Program-made: the position numbers and the translations under genes
The notes under the pieces: generated by a model
Told to the model about the DNA's origin: nothing
The model's database searches: none
What the model saw: the letters and a program-made list of their open reading frames with translations, nothing else
DNA from: Mustelus asterias
Lineage: Eukaryota
DNA: 57,000 nucleotides
Direction of reading: 5' to 3'
Assembly (NCBI RefSeq): GCF_964213995.1
Contig: NW_027590144.1
Location: 1,240,001 to 1,297,000 of the forward strand
Shown here: piece by piece, positions 24,911 through 35,200 of the stretch
Position numbering within the stretch: position 1 is the first letter of the stretch
Layout: every line of letters begins with the position of its first letter

Positions 24911-25390
24911 TCGCACCACCCACTCCGTCCCCACCTCCACCGGCCACTTTCACTGTTCCTGCCTTAGTATCTAAAGAGTCCTGACCTCAGTAAAAGTATA
25001 TATATATAATTTCCAGTGCTGTGATTCACAGCCAATTCCAAATCAACTGATGCAATATCTACAAATGCAGAGTCTACAGCAGAGTCACAGCAGAGTGACC
25101 CGGACCAGGGACATTTGGTCCAAACCCATTGGCATCATTGTGTTTCCCAAATACAAATATGGAGAAGGCTGGAAAGTGGAGATCTGATCTGTTGGTGAAT
25201 CTGCTTTCTTGCTACATCAATGCGGTGCTTTCCTACTGTGAACTCGATCTCAGTGGAACCAGTGAATCCATATTATTCTGAGGCTGGATTATGTGAAAAC
25301 AAATACTTCAGCTGCTCCCCAGAATCCTGGCAGACCGCTGCTCCCGTTCTCAACCTGAAATATGAGTTAATTGTGTCTCTCTTCCTTACA

Positions 25391-26520
25391 GTGAACTTAT
25401 CGACGATTCTTATCCTGTCTCGCGGAAGGTGTGGACTTTCCAAATGTGTCACACGTTACTAATTTCTATGTTAGCAGCGTGTGTACTAGTCGTCATCATC
25501 GACCTCATATTGAGGCAAATTCCTATCAGAGTTAATGATCAATTTATCTTCATGCATCATACTCAAGTGTGCAACATCCATGCCGTCCTGCTGTACGCAG
25601 TCACCGATTGTTCTGTCTTGTTCACTGTCACTTTCACCTTTGATCGATTCGTGGCCATTACTTGTCAGAAACAGAAAATAAAATACCACACTGAGAAAAC
25701 GGCAGTTGTGGTTATTGGAACAGTGAATGTGCTGCTCAGTGCAAAGAACACGTTCTGGTACTATATGTCTGAGGATATAGTGTGCTTTCCAATAATCTCG
25801 ACTTCTGTTATGCAGATTCTGATGAATTGTTTTCACCAGCGTGAGTAGAAGTTGAAAGTCTGCATTATATTTTAGCCAAAAGACCAGAAGACCATAAGAC
25901 ATAGGAGCAGCATTAGACCACTTAGCCCATCGAGTCTGCTCCACCATTCAATCATGGCTGATATTTTTTCTCATCCCCATTCTGCTGCCTTTTCCCCATA
26001 ACCCCCATCCCCTTACCAATCAAGAACCTATATCTCTCTGTCTTAAAGACACTCAATGAACTGGCCTCCACAGCCTTCTTCTCCAAACCTCATCTGTTCC
26101 TTTATTGCTGAATCTGCTGTTCAATATTTCAACTGTTAAACACATTTTATTGTCGAGCAAGGTTCTCCGTAGACCTCAGACGCAAAAGAGTGGGGAAAGT
26201 TCAAATGGCCAAGAGATAGAGAAGTGAAGAAAATCTACCATCTTACCCTTTGCGATGTCGGGAAATTTTATCCTGTTATGGTCAGGGTTCCTATTGTTTT
26301 GCCTTCATCAGCGATTGTACAAGTTGAATTTATTTCTGTTATTTTGCCATTATTTGTTCAGGAACTGGGATTTATGCTTCAACTCTTGAGTTGCTGCACC
26401 AACACATGCATTCATACCGTGACCCAGACGCAATTCAGAGCAGATCTGAAGAATGTGGTGAAATTTCCATTTACTGGAATTGTGAAATTTATTAAACAGG
26501 GATCAGATAGTTTACCATAA
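25391..26520 (+). pseudogene. GPR139-like class A GPCR pseudogene (shark-expanded family), with CR1 insert ~25882-26080
   Basis: After a TTACAG acceptor: VNLSTILILSRGRCGLSKCVTRY(fs)LISM...TDCSVLFTVTFTFDRFVAI.CQK..KY..EKTA..., later LGFMLQLLSCCTNTCI..VTQTQFR; frameshifts and stops present. Confidence 0.85.
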
Positions 26521-27814
26521 CAGTGTGTTTATCTGGTGTACTGTACAAAGCCCCATCTCAGTCAGACACGCACAGTGAGACCGTTTTTGTTTTATTATTC
26601 TGATCAATCCATCAACAGCAAGCACAGAAATAGAAAAATAATCGAATTTACTTCCAAAGGCACTGGGTTTGGATCATTTCAATGCTGACATTCAGCATGG
26701 CCTGGGCAAAATGAGCTCCAGAGTAAAGTATCCCCATGGCAAAGCGGGAGGGAGATTGGTGACTGTGACATTTTGCATCTACTCCAACACACCTCCAACA
26801 ACAAATGGAGATGCCAGCCCCACCGTCCCTTAAACCTCACCGCACCATAAAACTTTATCACTTAATAAGTTTGGATGAGAAAAGTACACATGACTTTAAA
26901 TCAATAAAAGAGGTCATAAAATAATTAGCTGTTAATGGGCATATTTATTCGTGGGAAGGTGAATGCCAATGTCAGTATTCAATTCACTATCCTTCGGCCA
27001 GATTTCCCTGTGAATATCACTGACACAGATACTAATGTCGTTGCTTTACATGTTGGTTCCTTTCTGGGGAAACAAGGAAAGAAATTTAACCTAAGAATCT
27101 CCTCAAACCTGTTTTGCTATCTTGTCGTTAAAGTGATACAACACCACCATCTGCTGGCGCCGCACAGCAACTGCAGATTTGTGAGTCTCAAAGTTCAGTC
27201 TCTGGATGGCTGCATCCGCGAACGGTTGGTGAAGTGTGACTATTGAACGATATTGTCCGAGATTTGAGTTTACAGAAGGAGCTCGGCTGGCGCATTCGCC
27301 CTTTTATATAACCAGACACCGCACAGGAACTGTGTTCTTCATTACCCATTGGAGACATGGTCTGGACATTGAAGTTGGTGTTATTTCAGATTGCAATGCG
27401 TGTATTCGATGCAGTTATCAGATGTTAAATCACATTCAGAATGGGAGTGGGTAAACGTTTCTTCCCTCTGTAATTCACTGTCAGACATTTTCAAGGTTTA
27501 ATCCTATAGGGGCACGCGCACACAGACATTTACAGCAGCGCGCACATACACACATAGAGATACAGGGGCGCGCACTCGTACACAGAAATACAGAGGCACA
27601 AACACACACAGACATTTACAGGGGCGCGCACACGCATAAACTCACACAAACACACAGATCCTTATAAAGAATGTTCACAGTAACTTCATTGCAATGTTAA
27701 TGTAAGCCTAATTGTGACACTAATAAACGTCAATGTTTCCAATATAATCCACTAAATTTCACACAATGATTCTTTGAAGATTGAAAACGAAATCATTTTA
27801 AGGCGCAGATTTTA

Positions 27815-28655
27815 TTTCTTTGATTGCATTTGATTTATTTTTGTCCTGTACATTACATACAGTGAACAGTACAGGGAAAAGACAAAGCATATCGTTCATA
27901 GAGAAGGAAACGAGACATTGAAGAATATACTGTTACAGTCATAGCTTGGGTGGAGTGAAAGATCAGCGTAATGCAAAGTAAGTCCATTCAAAAGTCAGAC
28001 GGCAGCAGGAAAGAAGCTGTTCTTGAGTCGGTTGGTACGTGTCCTCAGACTTTTGTATATTTTTCCCGCGGAAGAAGGTGGGATATAGAATGCCCGGGGT
28101 GCGTGGGATCCTTAATTATGCTGGCTGCTTTGCCATGGCAGCGGCAGTCAATGGATGGGAGACTGGTTTGCGTGATGGATTGGGTTCTATTCATGTCTTA
28201 TTGTTGTTTCTTGCGGCCTTAGGCAGAGCAGGAGCCATACCAAGCTGTGATACAACCAGAAAGAATGATTTCTATGGTGCATCTGTAAAAGTTGGTGAGA
28301 GTCGTTGCTGACATGCCAAATTTCCTTAGTCTTCTGACAAAGTAGAGGCGTTGGTGGGCTTTCTTAACTTTCGTGTTGGCATGGGGGGACAAGGACAGGT
28401 TGTTGGTGATCTGGATACATAAAAACTTGAAGCTTTCGACCATTTCTACTTCGTCCCCGTTGATGTAGACAGGGGCATGTTCTCCTTTTCGCTTCCTGAA
28501 GTCGATGACAATCTCCATTGTTTTATTGACATTGAAGCAGAGATTATTGTCGCCGGAACAGTTCACCATATTCTTCATCTCATTCCTGTACTCTGTCTCG
28601 TCATTGTTTGAGATCCAACCCACTACAGTGATGTCGCCGGCAAACTTGAAATTAT
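27815..28655 (-). mobile_element. Rex1/Babar-like LINE 3' fragment
   Basis: ORF remnant KFAGDITVVG.ISNNDE.EYR...NVNKT.EIVIDFRK...KKAHQRLYFVRRLRKFGM. Confidence 0.8.
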
Positions 28656-29039
28656 TTTGTACCTTCACAGCCTTTATTCACACTGTATCCGTGCTCGATA
28701 AATAAGGTTTTTCCATTTTGAAGCTCTTGGCCTACATTATAAAAGTTACCGTGATGCAGAAAAAAACCCATCTGTGTTGGAATGAAAATGTCGAACCTCC
28801 ATTCTTGTTCCGATTTGCCCTGCCAGTTATATACCTCAACAAGTTTCGTACATATTCATCAGAGAAAGTTTCGGTGTTGACTCTTATGAGACTGTTGGGC
28901 CATTCCCTAACACACAATAAACACAGAGGCTCAATGTTGCTTCAATTGTTTCTGGAACTGATAGCATCCAGAATGGAGAGTTTGGTTAATGTCATTTTCT
29001 TTCAAATTTGAAGTATGTTTCTGCTTTAAATGTCTCAAT

Positions 29040-29326
29040 GTCGCACTGACACTCACTCAACACAAACATGTACTCACACACGCACAGTTACGCATTCAGA
29101 AACTCTCTCATAAACACATGCTGCCATATACACACTCTCTCACCCAAACAAACACAAAGACATATGTGGACACAAACTTAAAAAACATACTCAAAAGCAC
29201 ACGCTCACACACAGGGGAACAGACAGAGAGAAACTGAAAACCTCACAGACACAGGGGCTCACACACACAGTTACAGGGACACACAGATACTGGGGCACAC
29301 ACAGTTGCATGGGCACATTCAGATAC
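29040..29326. repeat. CA-rich low-complexity minisatellite (left part, split by the ERV)
   Basis: Degenerate units resembling CACACAGATAC(A/T)GGGG. Confidence 0.7.
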
Positions 29327-30155
29327 TGTCGTGGTTCCCCAGGACGACAATTTATTCACATCAATTAAAACAGAGAGTCTGAGCAGCGATCCTCCAAGCA
29401 ATAGACTTTATTTCTCAGCACAAGAGATAAAGTCGGGAACGTCCGGAACACTCCAAAGAGCCCTTGGGCTTACACTCTTTTATGTACATTTCAGCCTCCT
29501 ATCTCAAGATCCTTATCTCCCTTTTACTGCCTGTCCTTGGTTGTAATCTTACCCTACAGCCCTATCTTTCTTTGGCCACCATTAATTTTAGTTGACCCTT
29601 TATCTGTTTTCTTTGCATTTGGTCGTTCCCTGTTCTCTCTCTTCGTTTCTTAAACCATGGTGGTTATAACTCTTGCTCTTATCTGAACTTTTCTGTTTGT
29701 ACAATAATCGTGGTTTTGTAAGCTAAGGCGAATGTGTTTAGAAGAAAAGACATCCCCCTGCTGATTTATGGTCCACTAATGTGTTTAGCAGAAAAGACAT
29801 TCTCTCTGCTGGTTTATGGTCCACTATTAAGTTGAACCACCGAGCAGTCTTCCTTGTTTTCTTAAGTGGCTATTGTTTGCTTTCCTTAATTAGTGATTGC
29901 TATATTACTTCTTTAGTTCCTCTAGTTCCTCCACTTTAATCATATCGACTACACTTGATTATATTAGGTCACACGAAGTTACTTTAGGTTACATATCCAT
30001 TTTCACTACTTATCTAAATCTGCTTTATTATTTCACTAAAACCTATGAATCTGAATTCCATACTAAACTCATACAATATCCAGTACAATTTCCCTTACAA
30101 GTGAATCTGAATTTCATACTAAACTCATACAATATCCAGTACAATTTCCCTTACA
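29327..30155 (-). repeat. 3' LTR
   Basis: Identical by eye to 39484-40312 except 29392 C vs 39549 T; AATAAA on - strand at 29407-29412 and 29351-29356; internal ~47-bp (29731-29825) and 56-bp (30046-30157) tandem duplications. Confidence 0.97.
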
Positions 30156-30170
30156 AGTCCCCCCTTTGAG
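30156..30170 (-). other. Polypurine tract
   Basis: AAAGGGGGGACT immediately before TGTAAG of the 3' LTR. Confidence 0.9.
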
Positions 30171-30518
30171 GCTATTCCCTAGCCTCATCCCAATTACCAA
30201 GCTCAAATAATCCCCTCGCTCACTCCCATTTGTATTTTATTTTAATCACTCTTTGCAGGCGATGTGGAGGAGCCGAATATTTTGGTCAGGGATCAGTGTC
30301 CCTATTCTAACTTTATCATAATTTGTCTATCCCGGTTCTGATTTTTGGGTTGCTCCTCCAGATTGCCTGCCCCTGACAGTCATCAGCCAAAAACCTTCCC
30401 ACTCTTGTCTAGGGAAGGGAAAAAGACTGATTCCTGTGTACAGACTAAGTTCTCCTGGTTTCGTGCGGACTTCAGCAAGGTGCTGTTGTTTCCACAAGGT
30501 GATCTTCCACTATTGTAG

Positions 30519-32237
30519 TTATTTTACAGAGTGACGAGTTTCAACTTCGACCAAGGTCATTGTGAATCCACTCAGCGGGGGCGGCTCAAGATTTTCCCAT
30601 TCCTCTGTTTTTTCTCTCGAGCGTGAGCTGCTTATCACCCGCGTCACCATCTGCCGCGCTGCCATTCTGGTAAGGAAGGATCTCAGGGCGGGTAAAAAAC
30701 AACAAAATATCAATCCCAGAATGATTATTGTTGCGATTGCTACAGCTCCAGCTTTGGCAAACCACGCCCCCCATCTTCCTAATATTCTGTCCAGCCAACT
30801 CCATACCTCATGCCCAAACCCAGCATTTTCTTTCACTTCTTTCTTAAGATTTTTTAACTTATTCATGGCTTGTGTAAATGACCCTTCTGGATTAGTGTTA
30901 TTAGGGATAAATGTGCAGCACTGATCCCCAAACATAACACACACCCCTCCTTTCTCTGCCAGGAGCCAATCTAACGCCTGTCGATTTTGCCACGCCATTT
31001 TGCTGGTCGCATCCAACTGCTCTCCTAAGGCCTCCAGGGCATCATTCGTATAATTAATAAACCTCTGCTGATTATAATAGATGTAATTGATCCACTCAGT
31101 ATTCTTGCTGGGTGTGATCCAAACAAAGAGGGATTCAAACCCTGCAGCTATTTCGTTCCTAGCTTTGAACTCATTCGGGATGCCGCGAGGCTGTCCGATT
31201 GCGTCCAATTTTATCGTAGGGTCAGGGGTATATGCCCTCTTAACTTTTTGTGATTTAATTTCTTTTTCCACCCGTAGTATCACAGTGCTCTGGGCAAGCA
31301 TAACTCGGGCACATAGTCCCTTCCAATTCTGTGGTAATTTTGCCAATAGCCCTTTCTCCGGGCCACAAAGCCACCAGAGATCGGCCAGTTGATTTTCTTG
31401 ATAGTCTAACACATAAGGAGGGGGTGCCCATCCCCCTCCTGAGAGGATCAGATTAAGAGCATCGGTTATATTCCAAATCCTTTCACACTTTCCTGTGTAA
31501 TTTCCCACACTACTTCCTGTGCTACTTTCCTTCCAATAGCAATCTTGGATTTGTAAGTTGGGCTCTACACTCCATTCCTTTGGGACCGCGTCTACTGCCG
31601 TTTTTGGCCACTTCGGACATCTGTGGGTCAAGTTGTAGATGCCCTTTTTTACCCCAGCAAACAGGATGCAGTGGTATTGACACAACGGCGACTCACCTTT
31701 ACAAAGGTTATCACATGCGGATCCGGAACAGTCTATCTTCTCATACGAGTAGTTCCGATTCCCTATCATATGATACCGTATATGTGTGGTATATGGACGG
31801 CAATTTTCCTTTCTCCAGCTTTGTTTCCTGGTTCTACAGTCTCCTGATCCCCATGGTATATCAGTTACTTGGGTGTTAGGTTTCTCTGATGCGCATACTA
31901 CACACTCTTTCCCATCACTGTTTTTCTGACCTGTATACTCAGCCCATTTCCACCATTTGTTTTTCTGCGCTTTTCCCCAAATAGTATTTGTGCTCACTAA
32001 TCGTTCACGTTTTGTTCGTCTTAATACTCTATCTTCCTGATTCTGCACCCTTATGTCTTCTGTATCCCATTCTCCTTTTCTATGGGTCACGGAAGTCCCT
32101 AAGGGAAATAGTTTCCAAGTCCCAGGTGGGGAATGGGGCCCCTTCCCTGTCCTCACCTCCCTCGGCACCTTGACTAATAGGCTCAGGCTGGGCATTTGTA
32201 TCATCAGCCAGCTCATGTACAGAACTACTTTCATCAT
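30519..32237 (-). CDS. env: Envelope glycoprotein (gamma-type), intact 572 aa
   Basis: N-terminal hydrophobic leader, CxxC (CVVC), furin site KVKR, immunosuppressive-domain motif QNRQALDWLLAEKGGVC, CX6CC (CVMFGDQCC) and a TM helix. Confidence 0.93.
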   Translation of the reverse strand: MMKVVLYMSWLMIQMPSLSLLVKVPREVRTGKGPHSPPGTWKLFPLGTSVTHRKGEWDTEDIRVQNQEDRVLRRTKRERLVSTNTIWGKAQKNKWWKWAEYTGQKNSDGKECVVCASEKPNTQVTDIPWGSGDCRTRKQSWRKENCRPYTTHIRYHMIGNRNYSYEKIDCSGSACDNLCKGESPLCQYHCILFAGVKKGIYNLTHRCPKWPKTAVDAVPKEWSVEPNLQIQDCYWKESSTGSSVGNYTGKCERIWNITDALNLILSGGGWAPPPYVLDYQENQLADLWWLCGPEKGLLAKLPQNWKGLCARVMLAQSTVILRVEKEIKSQKVKRAYTPDPTIKLDAIGQPRGIPNEFKARNEIAAGFESLFVWITPSKNTEWINYIYYNQQRFINYTNDALEALGEQLDATSKMAWQNRQALDWLLAEKGGVCVMFGDQCCTFIPNNTNPEGSFTQAMNKLKNLKKEVKENAGFGHEVWSWLDRILGRWGAWFAKAGAVAIATIIILGLIFCCFLPALRSFLTRMAARQMVTRVISSSRSREKTEEWENLEPPPLSGFTMTLVEVETRHSVK

Positions 32238-35200
32238 CCTCTATTCTTTTTGTTCTTCCTTGGCCCTGTTCCTCCTCCCCACGATTCTCCCCGTGTATTT
32301 CTATCTCTTCCTCACTATCACTTCTATCCACTCTGTGTACTTCTTCAATTTCCCTTCTCTCCCCCACCCCTGGTACCGTTCTGGTACAATGGTTCAAGTG
32401 ATACCACAGTGTACTGCCTTCTACTTGCAACGCCGTGGGAGACACTTTGGTGACTTCAAACGGTCCTTCTCGTCTCGGTTCGTTCCAACGTCTCCGGAAC
32501 TTTCTGATGTATACTCGATCTCCAGGTTTGATCTGATGTTCTGTTACCGGATTCTCCTCCTCCTTGGCTTTTTCCTGTTCAAATATAGTTCTATGTATAA
32601 CAGTTAATTGTTGTATATATTCTTTTGTGCTTTGATCTAAACATTCTAGCGTAGGACCTCCTGATCCCCTGATCTTGGGTACCGGCATTACTCTTCCTGT
32701 CATCATTTCATGTGGGCTCAAATGTGTGATTCTGTTTTCCTGACTCCTGTATTGCATTAGAGCCAATGGCAGAGCATCTATCCAGTTTTTCCCTGTTTCA
32801 CTGCAAATTTTGCTTATTTTAGCCTTAAGGGTCCCGTTTGCTCTCTCCACCATTCCTTGGGATTGAGGGTGATATACGCATCCAAACTTCTGCTTTACTC
32901 GGAGTGCCGAGAGTGTCTCTCTCAGTGCCCTTCCTATAAAAGCAGATCCATTGTCTGAACTTAATTGCGTGGGTATGCCAAATCTTGGGATAATTTCTTT
33001 TGACAGGAAGTTAATCACCGTTCCAGATCCTTGATCTTTGGATGGCGTTGCTTCTATCCATCTGCTGAATCTATCAATAATCACTAACATGTATCTTTTC
33101 CCCCTCACCACCTTTCCCATATCCACATAGTCCATGCATAGATGTTTAAATGGTCCTTCAGGAATGGGTATATGCCCTATTGGGGCAGTAATGCCCTTCC
33201 TGATGTTATTCTGAGCACACACCTCACACTGACTTAGTATGTAGTCAATCGAGTTTTGCAGGTATGGTGACCAGAATCCTTCCTTCTTGATCTTTCTCGC
33301 CACTTCTCCTCTTGCACAGTGGTCCACTCCATGCGCTTCGCTAATTAGTACGGTTAGTAATGATGTGGGTGCTATGACCAATCCCTCCCCATTTCTCCAT
33401 ATCCTGTCCTGTTGTCCCTGTAGTGCTCCTCTATCTTTCCACATTGCCTTTTCAGCTACAGAGGTTTCCTCCTGTAACTGTGCTACATCTTCTAATGTGA
33501 TCTGAGGTTCGATATCCCCCGTACCTGGCCCTGGGTGCGGCCTTGCTATTTCTACTGGGGCTATCGTAGCCTCAATGCATCCTGACGCTTCTTTAGCTGC
33601 CTTGTCGGCTTTGGTGTTTCCCTGTGTGACGCTGTCTGCTCCCTTTTTATGCGCCTGACACTTAATTATGGCTAATTCCCTTGGACCCATCATGGCCCTT
33701 ATTAAAGCCCTGATTTGACCTTCGTGTTGTATTGGTCCTCCTCCGCTTTTCATAAATCCCCTTTGCTTCCATATTGCCCCGAACAGATGGCAGACCCCGT
33801 GGGCATAGGCCGAATCAGTATAAATTTCCAATGCTTCCCCGTTTGCTAGCTCACATGCTCTGGTCAATGCTTTAAGTTCTGCCAGTTGGGCTGAACAGGG
33901 CTGTTCACATTTCTCTGCTTCTATAACTTCAAGTGTTTCCCCTTTCTGTTCAACTATGGCATAGCCTGCGTGGTTTCCTAAGTGATCGCTGTAACATGAG
34001 CCATCTACATACAGTATCCTTTTCCCTTCTGTCACTAGTCCCTCTGCTCTTAAACCTTTTCTCAGTTTCATAAATGTTTTTGCTTCTCTTAAGCATTCAT
34101 GTTCTTCTCCTTCATGAGGTAATGGCATGTAATCAGCTGGATTTACTCTGTTGCACTTTATTATCGTGATATCTGGAAATGTGGTTAGCATTCGATAATG
34201 ATGGATCCTAGCAGGTGTCAGCACAAATTTTCCTTGCTCAATCAATTCAGCTACCTTATGGTGTACATGTATGTTTATCGGATATCCCATTGTGACCGTG
34301 GCTGCCTTTTCGTACGCCCACCAAGCTGCTGCCAGACCTTGATAGCACGGAGGGTATCCCATTGCTACGTCGTCTAGCTTGGTACTGTAATATGCTACAG
34401 CCTGCCTTCGTCTACCCTTGCAATTTTCCTGCATTAACATTGCTGTAGCAAATCCGGCTTCTCTGTTACTCACAAATAAGTCAAAGGGCTTGTCATAGGT
34501 CGGTAAAGCCAAGGCTGGTGCCTGTGCCATTTCTCTCTTTATATTCTCAAATGCGTCTGAAGCATCTTTATCCCATTTTAGTTTGGCTTTTAATTCGTCA
34601 CACCCTGCCTCCTTCATTATCTTTCGTAGTGCCTGCGTTTTTTCGGCATAGCTTTCCACCCATTCTGAACTGAATCCTGTCATTCCCAAAAATGTCATCA
34701 TTTGTCCCACCGTCTGTGGTTTCGGAACCTTTAGTACTGCTTCTATTTGCTGTGAAGCTATCTCCTTCTGTCCTGCTGATATTTCTCTTCCCAAGTATTC
34801 TACCTTTTTCTGGCACAGCTGCAGCTTTTTCCTGGAAACTTTATGACCCCCTTCTGCTAGTCTTTTCAATAGTTTTAAACTATCCTTCCTGCACTGTTCT
34901 TGTGTTCCTGTGCATAATAATAAATCATCCACATATTGTATCAGTGTTCCTTCCAACTGTATTCCTTCTAAATCTGCTCTCAACACCTGATTGAATACAT
35001 GTGGGGAATGTTTAAATCCTTGGGGCATCCTATTGTATGTGTATTGTTTCCCCTCGTACGTAAATGCAAAGAGATACTGACTTTCTTGAGCTAGTGGCAC
35101 ACTAAAAAATGCCGAACATAGGTCTATTACAGTAAACCATCTACTTTCAGGTGGTATATTTGTCATCAAGGTATAAGGGTTTGGAACCTCTGCTGGCATA

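Noticed and set aside
29331-30169. Small ORFs repeated in both LTRs
   Set aside because: Antisense to the provirus, non-ATG or low-complexity, and repeated only because the LTRs are duplicated
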